Positions 1 to 11,948 of a stretch of 48,285 bases of DNA are shown one piece after another. Under the pieces are notes generated by a model. The model saw only the letters and a list, made by a program, of their open reading frames with translations, did no database searches and was not told the DNA's origin. Where the stretch lies: assembly GCA_048213135.1 (NCBI GenBank), contig PS015169.1, positions 85,733 to 134,017 on the forward strand. Reading direction: 5' to 3'. The position numbers and the translations under genes were made by a program. Within the stretch, counting starts at the first letter, position 1. Every line of letters starts with the position of its first letter. This DNA comes from Reclinomonas americana ATCC 50394. Taxonomy: Eukaryota.

Positions 1-243
1 CACAGACAGACAGACCTCAGCACTGAGCGCAGTCAGCTGCAGGAACGGACTGAAGCCGAGAATACAGCACAAGCACAAGTCGACCGGCAGCACGCGCTCT
101 TCTCGTCTCTTGAGGACATGATACGCACTAGGCTGGTCCTGCACATGAGCGCCAGTGCGCAGCTCATCACTGCGCATCCGTCACCACTGTCGGTTGACAA
201 CGAAGGACGAGGACGCACCTGTCCTTCCGATTACCTCCGATTG

Positions 244-2368
244 ATGACTGTTGCAGCGCCGGTGCAACGCTCCTTTGGTGTGTGGCTCCTTCGCGGCTTG
301 GCCATCACCACTCTCCTCTCTGTGTTTGTGTTGCACTGCGCGTTCTGGGACGAGCTCACTGCGGATGCATGGCAATGGGTCCGCAGTTGTCGCCTCGGGC
401 GCATTCAGTTCTTTGAGGTATGCCTGCTCATCAGTGGCACTCTATCCTCCACTGACATTGGCGAACCAGGCGTTCTGGCCTGTGATTGTATACGGCGTCA
501 CATGCAGTTCTGTTGGGAGAGACAACTCACTCGTACTGATCGTTGCTTGATTGCTCATCGTCTCACTGCAGCACCATTCATGCTGATGGATCTCATGCCG
601 AGTGTGTTTGGTGCGTACAAGATCGCCGAGCATAAGCAGCACAAGCAGCGCAAGGTGGATCAGCGAGTCAAGGCCTCACTATTGGATGTTGCGGTGTTCT
701 TGTGTTGAGCTGTCACACGTTCACTGCAGCTGCTCACACTGCATGCTGAGCCAGACGGTGGTGTACGTGCTCCCGCCGTTCTGCATTGAGATGGTGAAGC
801 GGAACCGTGGGGCCATGATGGATGCCACGCCAGCACCCTCGGCCGCGCATCTCGTCCTCTTCACCTGCGTCAACGTGCTGATCTTTGACGTGTTCTTCAC
901 CGTCGTGCACGTGGCGCTGCACAGGAGCTCCTGGCTGATGAGCCGTGTGCACTCGGTGCATCATCAGTACACAGATGCCACGTACTGCTCCGACACGAAT
1001 CGGTGAGTGAGACTACCCACGGTGTTGGTGCCGGAGATCTCACTCCTCGTAGGTTGCATCCGGTGGAGCGACTGGCGCTGGTGTTCTCTGCCGCCGGTGC
1101 TCTGCGACTTACGGCCGCTCATCCGTTCGTTCGCATCACATTCACGGCTGTGGAGGTGTTCCTGCTGGTGAGGAGGGAGGAAAAAGGAGGAGGAGGAGGA
1201 GGAGGAGGGGGAGGAGGAGGAGGAGGAGGAGGAGGAGGAGGAGGAGGAGGAGGAGGAGGAGGAGGAGGAGGAGGAGGAGGAGGAGGAGGGAGGAGGAGGA
1301 GAGGAGAGAGANNNNNNNNNNNNNNNNNNNNNNNNNNNNNNNNNNNNNNNNNNNNNNNNNNNNNNNNNNNNNNNNNNNNNNNNNNNNNNNNNNNNNNNNN
1401 NNNNNNNNNNNNNNNNNNNNNNNNNNNNNNNNNNNNNNNNNNNNNNNNNNNNNNNNNNNNNNNNNNNNNNNNNNNNNNNNNNNNNNNNNNNNNNNNNNNN
1501 NNNNNNNNNNNNNNNNNNNNNNNNNNNNNNNNNNNNNNNNNNNNNNNNNNNNNNNNNNNNNNNNNNNNNNNNNNNNNNNNNNNNNNNNNNNNNNNNNNNN
1601 NNNNNNNNNNNNNNNNNNNNNNNNNNNNNNNNNNNNNNNNNNNNNNNNNNNNNNNNNNNNNNNNNNNNNNNNNNNNNNNNNNNNNNNNNNNNNNNNNNNN
1701 NNNNNNNNNNNNNNNNNNNNNNNNNNNNNNNNNNNNNNNNNNNNNNNNNNNNNNNNNNNNNNNNNNNNNNNNNNNNNNNNNNNNNNNNNNNNNNNNNNNN
1801 NNNNNNNNNNNNNNNNNNNNNNNNNNNNNNNNNNNNNNNNNNNNNNNNNNNNNNNNNNNNNNNNNNNNNNNNNNNNNNNNNNNNNNNNNNNNNNNNNNNN
1901 NNNNNNNNNNNNNNNNNNNNNNNNNNNNNNGAAGAAGAAGAAGAAGAAGAAGAAGAAGAAAATCGAAAGATCTACACAGGGACGCCAACAACACGTGAAC
2001 AGAAGGAAATCGAGGGAAGAAAGAGAGACTGGGAGAGCGTGTGAGTGTAGAGTGACAGTGTGGCAATGCGTGAGAAGAGTAACAAGAAGAGTGTGTGAGA
2101 GAGCATGTGCTGTTTGATGGTGGCAGCGGGAGTGTGGCCTCACACGCATGGCGCACAGACTCAAAACCACTGCTGCTACGACTTTCCGTGGATGCTGCAC
2201 CACGTGGTTGGCGCAACGAAGGACGGGCCTGTCATGCTCGGCCCGCGAGAGCACACCGTGCATCACCAGACGGGTGGTGGCCATCTGTCCGCGCACTTTC
2301 GGTTCGTGGACGTGCTTCGCGTCAAGTGTGAGGCGTACTGGCGCGCGCACTCCATGCCTGTGAGGTGA
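244..2368 (+). CDS. Fatty acid hydroxylase/sterol desaturase superfamily protein, cholesterol 25-hydroxylase-like (multi-exon; start uncertain)
   Basis: Exons joined at GT-AG give His boxes HVALH, HSVHH and HTVHH, plus LHPVE and NHCCYDFPW (cf. HSGYDFPW) and hydrophobic segments. Stop TGA at 2366-2368. The frame is open back to base 1, so the start could be ATG 118, 145, 244 or upstream. One intron spans an N gap. Confidence 0.8.
1186..1959. repeat. (GGA)n and (GAA)n microsatellites flanking an assembly gap, intronic
   Basis: Directly visible runs at about 1186-1290 and 1931-1959. Confidence 0.95.
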
Positions 2369-2449
2369 TCGATGGTGGTGTGTGTCAAAAATGTACAGAG
2401 CCTTGTGATGCCGGAACATGCTTGGCCGATGACGCTCTTCACTTCAACG

Positions 2450-3316
2450 TCACCTCAGATTGAAGAACGCCCACTGCAAGCGTTGTGCGGCCGTCAGCGT
2501 CACCGCCACGGTGAACAGCAACAAGAGCGGCACGAAAGCACCGGGGAAGCATAGCCAGGCCGTGAAGGTGACCTGCAAGCAGAGGATGAGCGATGCAAGT
2601 CGGCCACTCACTCGCGTGAACAAAACAAAACGAACCAAGGTCTCCGTGCCCTCGACGAGACCCGGTTGCATCTCCAGCGTGGTCAGCCGTGTGGCTCCAG
2701 CAGCGGATGCACGCTTGTCGAGAATGCCACTCAGCAGCATCCACGACGCATTGCAGAGCACGACAGACGCCTGGAAGCATGCGACCAGCGCCCACACCTT
2801 CGGTTCCGCCGAGTGATACCCAACGGCCATGCCGATCGGGATCCAGCAATATACGACAAAGTCGACCATGAGGTCTATCGCGATGATCAGTGACGGTCTT
2901 CAGAGGAGAAGTGGTCGCGCGGCTCACCCAGGTAACCGCCAAAGTCACTCTGCTGCTTCGTTTCTCGTGCCACCAGACCGTCGACACCATCCAGCACTCG
3001 ATTGATCAACCACAGCACGAGTGCCAATGTCGGACTGACAGCACAGTGATCAGATGGATGCACACAGACAGGTGACATCGGGAAAGGGCACACACCATTG
3101 TATGCAGCACGCGAGTCCCGACAGCACACCAAACAGTCCACCGATGCACGTGATGGTGTTTGGGTGGACTCGAGCGCTGAACGATCGGAGAAACACGTGA
3201 GGCGATGAGAGGGAGTGCAGAAAGCGAAGCTGATCTTGCGTGCCGCACCGGATGAACGGTGTGACTAGGTGTGCACACAGGCTGTCTTTCCACTGTCTCA
3301 GCGCCGTGTCGAACAT
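2450..3316 (-). CDS. CDP-alcohol phosphatidyltransferase family protein, YnjF-like (5 exons)
   Basis: MFDTALRQWKD...HPNTIT...NRVLDGVDGLVARETKQQSDFGGYLDLMVD carries the CDP-alcohol phosphotransferase motif DGxDGxxAR(x8)GxxxDxxxD. GLVEGTET resembles the GLTEGTET of E. coli YnjF. Four GT-AG introns keep the frame, including the in-frame 63-nt intron 2573-2635. Confidence 0.85.
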
Positions 3317-3917
3317 GCAGGGTGGAGGAGAATTGAACGTCGCCGGATTGTCCCTGCAGCTGGTGGTGGTCGTCACAGCAAAGGCTCGAGGGCAGAGAAG
3401 AGCAAGGGCAGAGTGTCGAGGGGGAAGGGCAGCTGGCCATGGCGTGGGTGTGTTCGTGTCAATCGCGACGTCGACGTCCGGATCTTGCTCCGGGCAAGGC
3501 AATCGCGAACGGGAAAGCCTGTCATAAACCCCGAGAGCTTTGGATCTGAGCGCCAGAGAACTAAGGAGCGTGGACACAGTTGCTTTCCGACGCACCACAG
3601 AATTCGAATTTCTGTGCAACGTTAACGCCTCACTCCAGCCGGTACGACATTTTAGCAGAAGCATCACACTTGCAGTAGGGCTTCCGCGCATCGCTCCACC
3701 TGATCGGAGACGTTGCAGGTGCACGTACACCTTTCAAAAACCCGACAGGACAATGCAACGGACACAAAAAACGGGCCGTGAAGTCGCGTCATTGGCCCTC
3801 ATTGCACGAGTGAGCTTTTCTGTGTCTCTCCTTTCCTCACACTCTTCCCTCTCTCTCTCTCTCTATCAAACGAGTGAGTGATCAGCGTGAGAGTGAGTGA
3901 GTGAGTGACAGTGGAGA

Positions 3918-6900
3918 ATGAAGCGATTTCAGTTGCAACGAGTGGTGGGCAATGGACTCACACTGCCGCGCGTGATCGACATTGATGAGAACGCAAGGTG
4001 TGTGTCTCAGAGAGAGAGAAAGAGAGAGCGAATAAGAGAGAGTCATGAGCGATTGTGATCGATACACTCACTCATTCACTCACTCACTCTCTCGCTCACT
4101 CACTCTCTCTCTCTCACAGTCGCTCTCTCTCTCTCTCTCTCTCGCTCACTCACTCACTCACTCACACACACACTCACTCACTCACTCACTCATTNNNNNN
4201 NNNNNNNNNNNNNNCACTCACTCACTCACTCACTCACTCACTCACACACACACACACTCACTCACTCACTCACTCACTCACTCACTCACACGCTCACTCA
4301 CTCACTCACTCACTCACTCACTCACTCTCTCTCTCTCTCCTTTCCCTCCCTCCCTCCCTCTCCCACTCACCCACCCACTCACTCACTCACTCACTCACTC
4401 ACACACACTCACTCACTCACTCTCTCTCACACACACACACTCCCTACCCTTCCCTTCCCCTTGCCTCACTCGCTCACCCCTCTCTCCTTCCCTTCCTTCC
4501 CATCCCTCCTCCTCACAGGACCATCTCCACCTTCAACCCCACCGACGACCACCTGCCGATCACGCACTCGATCACAGAGATTGCCCGATTGGAGTTGCGA
4601 AAGAGGCGATCGCTCTTCTTCATCTTCCTCACGCGTGACTGACTGATCTCACCACGTGCGCAGTGTGGCTCCGGAGGTTCCCGATGGTCGTGGATTGGTG
4701 CTGCAGATGCAGGGCATGAAAGAGTTGAGAATACGAGGGAGAAGCACAGGGAGTGACTGAGACAGAGACAGCTACGAGCTGTGCGAGGCAGAGCAGGGAA
4801 AGAGACTGCTATCCATCGCTCATGCTGTCCGCTTCAACAATTGCCCTTAACTCTTTGCTATTTTCTCTCTGCGCCACAGGCAAACGTACATTGCGCGATC
4901 CAGCGATGTGTGCGTCCAGATCTGCAATCTGGTCAACAGCTTGCGAGTGCATGCGCCGATGGTTGCGTCTCTTGGCGTCGAGTTTTTTGTTTTGTTGTGT
5001 GGTCCTCATGTCTTGTTTCAGACGCGCGATACGGCGCCTGTCGTGCACGATGGTCACCTCTACCGCATCATGCACACGCATGCGGGAGCTCCGTCGTCTT
5101 GGTGAGCCGAGTGACAGAACGGGATGGGTGTCGTGAGCAGCTCAGAGTTCGGAACAGTCAGCTCAGCGCATAGTCCGCACACAGCTCAGCGCACCGCTTT
5201 CACGCAGCTCAGCGCACCGCTTTCACGCAGCTCAGCGCACCGCTTTCACGCAGCTCAGCGCACCGCTTTCACGCAGCTCAGCGCACCGCTTTCACGCAGC
5301 TCAGCGCACCGCTTTCACGCAGCTCAGCGCTCTGCTTTCACGCAGCTCAGCGTTCTGCTTTCACGCAGCTCAGCGCTCTGCTTTCACGCAGCTCAGCGCT
5401 CTGCTCTCACGCAGCTCAGCGCTCTGCTTTCTCGCAGCTCAGCGCACTGCTTTCTCGCAGCTCAGCGCACTGCTTTCTCGCAGCTCAGCGCACTGCTTTC
5501 ACGCAGCTCGGCACACCGCTTTCTCGCAGCTCAGCGCACTGCTTTCACACAGCGCAGCACACCGCTTTCACGCAGCTCAGCGCTCTGCTCTCACGCAGCT
5601 CAGCGCACTGCTTTCACGCAGCTCAGCGCACTGCTTTCACGCAGCTCAGCGCACTGCTTTCACGCAGCTCAGCGCACTGCTTTCACGCAGCTCAGCGCAC
5701 CGCTTTCACACAGCGCAGCACACCGCTTTCACGNNNNNNNNNNNNNNNNNNNNNNNNNNNNNNNNNNNNNNNNNNNNNNNNNNNNNNNNNNNNNNNNNNN
5801 NNNNNNNNNNNNNNNNNNNNNNNNNNNNNNNNNNNNNNNNNNNNNNNNNNNNNNNNNNNNNNNNNNNNNNNNNNNNNNNNNNNNNNNNNNNNNNCTCAGC
5901 GCTCTGCTCTCACGCAGCTCAGCGCTCTGCTCTCACGCAGCTCAGCGCACCGCTTTCACGCAGCTCGGCACGCTGCTCTCACGCAGCTCAGCGCTCTGCT
6001 CTCACGCAGCTCAGCGCTCTGCTCTCACGCAGCTCAGCGCTCTGCTCTCACGCAGCTCAGCGCTCTGCTCTCACGCAGCTCAGCGCACTGCTTTCTCGCA
6101 GCTCAGCGCGCTGCTTTCACGCAGCTCAGCGCACTGCTTTTCACGCAGCTCAGCGCACTGCTTTCTCGCAGCTCAGCGCACTGCTTTCTCGCAGCTCAGC
6201 GCACTGCTTTCTCGCAGCTCAGCGCACTGCTTTCTCGCAGCTCAGCGCACTGCTTTCTCGCAGCTCAGCGCACTGCTTTCTCGCAGCTCAGCGCACTGCT
6301 TTCTCGCAGCTCAGCGCACTGCTTTCTCGCAGCTCAGCACGTCGCTTTCCTTCTCCCTCCCCCTCCTTTCTTCTTCTCCCCTTTCCTCATCCTCCTCCTC
6401 TTGCCCCTCTTCCCTTTCTCTCCGTCTCCTTTCCCCTCTCCCGCCCGCCCCCCGCTGACCTTCCCCCCATCCACATGCAGCGTCATCGAGTGGTTCACAC
6501 TCAGCGAGGACCGCATTCAGAGTGTGCTCTCGCGCGGCAGCCACGATGTGCTCTCAGACATGCCGGTAGCCGACATTCGATTCGTGCAACTCTCCGAGAA
6601 TCTGTACCCCACTCCCAGTGGCGATCTGTTCGTCTTTAGTACCATCACCGCCGATGCGGTCCTCACTGGTGCGTTAATCACGTGCTCCATTTTTTGTTTC
6701 TCAACCGGCACTCACTCTTCTCTCTCCACAGTCGGCTGTCGGACCGAGAACGAGCGAGCCACGTGGGTCAAGGCGATCCAAGCAGTTCGCGAGAGGCACC
6801 AAGTCGCGTCGCCGTCCTCTCTGTACTCGTCGGTGAGTAGCAATCCTTCGAATTGGCATTCTGTCTCCTCTCTCAATCCCCTTGTCTCTCCCTCCTTGTT

Positions 6901-8034
6901 TGCAGCGTCGACAGCACCAACACAGGCCCTCGTTGGCCGAGGAGATGGACTCGATGCCTGACTCGCCAGTGGCTCCAGCATCAGCTGCCGCCGCCGCCGC
7001 CGCCGCCGCCGCTCCGAACATGCAACAAATGGTCACCCCCACCCCCGATGCTCCCGTCTCCATGTCGTCGTTCGCGTCGCACCTGCCGTACGTCTCTGGC
7101 TCGCCCACACCCTACAGCAAGTCCAACGGGTCCATGGTGCTCAACTCGGCAGTGCGCGAGTCGCGCTCCTTTGTCGAGACACACCCACCGCACAGCGTCG
7201 CACCGACCAACATGAGTGCGCGCTCAACACCGGCTGCGACAGCTGCCGCCGCCGCCATTCGTCGCATCCCACTGAGTCTGGAGTCACTTTCGCACGATGG
7301 CGGCTCCACCAATGGGTACTACCACGACGCGCCATTCGACGATCGGTTCGACACACTTTCGCAACAGCTGCCTGGCTACCCGCGTCAGACAGAGCTGGGA
7401 CGAATCATGGATGTGACGTCGCCGAGACGGCACCCGCTGCACTTGTCGTACAAGCATCACGGGTGAATCAAATAGCGGCGATTAAGTGTTTGCTGTGTGC
7501 GTGAGCTCATTTCTTCTCTCACTTGCGCAGTCTCGGCATGGGTTCCGAGTTCGCCGTGAGTCAGTCGTCAACTGGCAAGAGCGTCAAAGGCTCGTCGTCG
7601 CGTGCCCTCTTTTTTCGAAGAGAGATTATCGCTTACCGTGCGCACTTCCGCAGATGCCAATCTCTCCAAGGACGCTTCAGTGCTGCGTGCACAGCGTGAT
7701 GCTGCGCACTTTTTGCAGAGTGCACTGCTTTCTGCGTTGCAAGGGGAGGAGGGCAAACTGACCGAGGAAGGTTGGTGTCACAATGAGTGCGCGCTTTTCT
7801 GGTGTGCTATTTTCCTCTCATGCCGAAGCTTTGTCGTGCAGTCAATCACAATCCGTCAGTCGTCGATCACTTCCTGACGTACCAGTCCATGATTCCCATC
7901 CTGGACATCCAGCTGCAGAATTTGTGGTTGCCGTCTGATCAGGAGTACTTGGAGAGTGTGGCTGGTCGTGCGCCGACAGAGGTGTGTTGATCGGAGATGG
8001 ATGAGCAGCGAGACCATTGTTTTCTCTCTCTCGG

Positions 8035-8076
<42 letters not shown>

Positions 8077-11000
8077 NNNNNNNNNNNNNNNNNNNNNNNN
8101 NNNNNNNNNNNNNNNNNNNNNNNNNNNNNNNNNNNNNNNNNNNNNNNNNNNNNNNNNNNNNNNNNNNNNNNNNNNNNNNNNNNNNNNNNNNNNNNNNNNN
8201 NNNNNNNNNNNNNNNNNNNNNNNNNNNNNNNNNNNNNNNNNNNNNNNNNNNNNNNNNNNNNNNNNNNNNNNNNNNNNNNNNNNNNNNNNNNNNNNNNNNN
8301 NNNNNNNNNNNNNNNNNNNNNNNNNNNNNNNNNNNNNNNNNNNNNNNNNNNNNNNNNNNNNNNNNNNNNNNNNNNNNNNNNNNNNNNNNNNNNNNNNNNN
8401 NNNNNNNNNNNNNNNNNNNNNNNNNNNNNNNNNNNNNNNNNNNNNNNNNNNNNNNNNNNNNNNNNNNNNNNNNNNNNNNNNNNNNNNNNNNNNNNNNNNN
8501 NNNNNNNNNNNNNNNNNNNNNNNNNNNNNNNNNNNNNNNNNNNNNNNNNNNTTCTCTCAGTCTCCCCTCTCTCGGTCTCTCTCTTCTCTCTCTCTCTCAT
8601 ACTCCCCTCCTTCCCCATGTCCCCCTTTCCCCTTTTCCCCTTTCCCCCCTGCACAGGACATGGTCCGCATGGTCCGCCGCGAAGAGGAAAAGCGACAGCT
8701 GGCCAAGCAAATGCGCGCCGAAGGCATCGAGCATGGTCTCGGCGATGTGCTGGACGCCACCCCCGCCGACGACAAACCACAATCGCCGAGTTTTGCCGCC
8801 ATGGATGCGAATGGCGGTCCATACTCGATGCGTGGACGCTACGCTGGATCCACCACGGCAACATCGGTCACGCCGTCTTCTGCGTCGGCCACCGCTGCAG
8901 CGGTGGCGGCTGGCGGTGTTGCAAATGGTCGGGGCCATGCTCTCCGCTCCCCGACCATCGACAAGGGCGAGACACAGGCTCCCGCCAGCGAACATGCAGG
9001 CGATTTTGTGCGTCACATAAGCACGTACGCTCATCGCTATCGAATCACTCACTTTCTTGATCTCCAATATGCAGACCTCCTTCCGCGAGATCCCCACACC
9101 ACGCGGCGACGGCTCACCTCCTCGGCAGACACCAGGTGGCCCCATGTCGGTGCCTGTTCCGCCGGCGGCAGCGGCGCCACGCGTCACTCCGGGTGCGCCC
9201 TCACCGCCGCCACCACCGCCAGCAGCAGCAGCACCAACCCCGCCACCTCAGTCTGCCCCTCCTGCTTCCTCCTCGTCCTCTATCCGCACCACTGACAGCT
9301 CGCTGTTGCTGGGTTCGTCCACGCCGCTCCCAGACGACCAGCAGCCTTCGCCGCGCAAGGAACGACGCGCTCGCCTTGCTGGTTCGACACCAACTGCTCC
9401 CGCATCCGCTGCCGCACCGCCTGCACCACAGCCCACAAGGTCAGGCACGACGACGGCGACAGCCGTCGCCTCGGATACCGCAGGCACATTTGTGCCACCG
9501 ACCGGTATGGCCTGGCCACCACCACCGCCGCTGATGGACTCGCCGGCGTCACCACCGGATCCACGCACCATCACCGTCACTAGCCCAATTCTCTCCGAGG
9601 ATGAAGACAGCAACCGCTCGCCGCAGCGCCTGGGCACGCCCAATCCCCTGCATCAGTCGAGGAGATTGCGGCGAGATGAGCAACCAGCTGCGGCTGCTGC
9701 TGCTCCAGCACCTCCACCTGCGCCTGCCCCAACACCAGCACGAGCTCCAGCCCCAGCACCTGCGCCACCTGCCCCAGTACCAGCACCACCGGCGGCAGCA
9801 CCTCCAGCACCTCCTCCGCAGGCGCCAACACCCGTGGGCGACGCATCATCCGCCGCCTCGTCGGCCAATTCGTCGCGCTCACAGACACCGGCAGCCGACG
9901 ACAATGTTGCGTCTCTGACGTGATGCGAAACACCATCGCTGCGATTACTGACAGTTTGTGTCCAACAGCCTCGCGCGGCGTCTCGCGAAAAGCTGAAAGC
10001 TCGTCTTCGTGAGAGGATGCAGGCGAGAGGTGATTCGCCCAGCACCGACGGTGCCATGTCTGTGTCGCCCAGTTGCGTACCTTGAGTCTCTTTTGGGTGC
10101 TGTTTCGTTTGCTGGCTCATTGGCGAAATGCAGGTGCGGAGTTGTTGGAACTCAGTCGCGGCACGACGCCCGTCACACCAGCGGCCGCCACGCCGAATTC
10201 CATGGATGGCACTGGTATGTCTCTGTGTGGTGCTGTCGAAAGCAAAGTGCCTCCATCTCACTCTCCAGTGCACAGGCGATGAGGCAGACGGAGATCAACG
10301 GAAGCGCATCCAGGCCGCCATTCAGGAGCGCTTGAAAGCCAAGCGGGCTGGTACGTACAGGCTCTCGCGCCTGATTGTCGTGCGTTTTTTATTGCTCTCG
10401 CTTTGTCGCTCTCCCCTTGTCGCTCTCGCCCCTTGTCGCTCTCGCCCCTTGTCGCTCTCGCCCCTTGTCGCTCTCGCCCCTTGTCGCTCTCGCCCCTTGT
10501 CGCTCTCGCCCCTTGTCGCTCTCGCCCCTTGTCGCTCTCGCCCCTTGTCGCTCTCGCCTCTTGTCGCTCTCGCCCCTTGTCGCTCTCGCCTCTTGTCGCT
10601 CTCGCCTCTTGTCGCTCTCGCCTCTTGTCGCTCTCGCCTCTTGTCGCTCTCGCCTCTTGTCGCTCTCGCTTCTTGTCGCTCTCGCTTCTTGTCGCTCTCG
10701 CTTCTTGTCGCTCTCGCTTCTTGTCGCTCTCGCTTCTTGTCGCTCTCGCTTCTTGTCGCTCTCGCTTCTTGTCGCTCTCGCTTCTTGTCGCTCTCGCTTC
10801 TTGTCGCTCTCGCTTCTTGTCGCTCTCGCTTCTTGTCGCTCTCGCTTTGTCGCTCTCTGTTCATCTCTCTCTCTCTCTCTATTCTCCCATCGTCCCCTCC
10901 CTTCATCCGCACTCCCTTTCTCTCTGTCCCTTCTCTCCCTCCTCCCCTGTTCCCCATCGCTCTTCCTCCTCCTCCCTCCCTTCTCACTGATTCCGTGTCG

Positions 11001-11745
11001 CAGAGCGCGCCGGAGGTGTCACTCCCACCGACAACAGTCCACGCGCAACTCCCGAGCTCGGTGCCAACGGCACCGCGCCGCTTACCACCTCTCCACAACC
11101 ACCCATGCCTGGCTCACCGGACTTTTCGTCCCCCTTCAAGGACTGGCGAGAGCAGAGTGTCGTAGTGTTGCGTCGCGCTGCATGCATTCTTTCCCATTGC
11201 CTGTGCTATCATCACTCCTCACATCTCCTCCCTCTCTCACAGTCGCCCACCCTCCCGCTCTCGCTCCCGGCCAGGGGAAGGAGACGGTCCTCAAGGTGCT
11301 GCTGGTGCGCCTCTCGGAACCGACTCGGACAGCATGATGCGCAAGGTGCTGCACGATGGCTTCAAGTTCAACAAGTTCTCCCAGTCGTCCAGCAGCCATC
11401 ACCAGCGCCACGTGTATGTGTCGCCAGACATGCAGTACATTATGTACTGCGACCCGAAGAAGCCCAAGGAGGTCAAGCAGGTGGCCGTCAGCGATGTGAA
11501 TGGCATTCTGGAGGGCCCCGTCGATGTGCCCACCTCGGTATTCCGGCGTGCTCCGAAGCCGTCGTGTACATTTACCATTGTATCCACCGGGCAGTCTCTC
11601 GGTGCGTCTGTGCCACGCAATGTCGTTTGCACTGTCGGATCTCGCTCATTCGCCCTTCCCGCGTGCAGTGCTGGAGACCGAGTGGGAGGACGAGAAGCGA
11701 ACGTGGATGGACGCCTTCAAGTGGCTGATTGCACACCGTCGCTGA
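3918..11745 (+). CDS. Large PH-domain protein with Pro/Ser-rich disordered linker (about 19 exons)
   Basis: Phase-consistent GT-AG chain from ATG 3918 to TGA 11743-11745. Central PH domain (VVHDGHLYR...GCRTENERATWVKAIQ) and C-terminal PLC-type PH domain (LHDGFKFNKF...RHVYVSPDMQYIMYCD...CTFTIV...LETEWEDEKRTWMDAFKWL), plus a possible N-terminal PH-like fold. Gaps could hide further exons. Confidence 0.7.
4065..4440. repeat. (CTCA)n/(CT)n/(CA)n microsatellite in first intron of PH gene
   Basis: Directly visible. Confidence 0.95.
5181..6338. repeat. Intronic 23-nt minisatellite, consensus GCAGCTCAGCGCACTGCTTTC(A/T)C
   Basis: Head-to-tail copies with point variants and no spacers, interrupted by an N gap. 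Confidence 0.95.
10402..10850. repeat. Intronic 16-nt minisatellite TTGTCGCTCTCGC(C/T)(C/T)C
   Basis: Period 16 visible, e.g. units starting at 10433 and 10449. Confidence 0.95.
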
Positions 11746-11948
11746 CGAGTCATTCGTTTTTTTGTTTTGTGAGTGTATGTTTTATATGCCGAGTACATCA
11801 TCACTGTCAACATCGTGTATATTCTGAGTTTTGTTTCACCTCCAACACTTGCATTGCCCCACTACACACGCAAACCTGTTTTTCGCTCTCCTGTTTGCGG
11901 TACCATCCCATAACAACAAAAACCAACCCCACTCCGCCTGATTCCGCC

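Noticed and set aside
5181-6338. CRISPR-like array (also the 16-mer and 10-mer arrays)
   Set aside because: Units are contiguous with no unique spacers, lie inside spliceosomal introns, and no cas genes are present.
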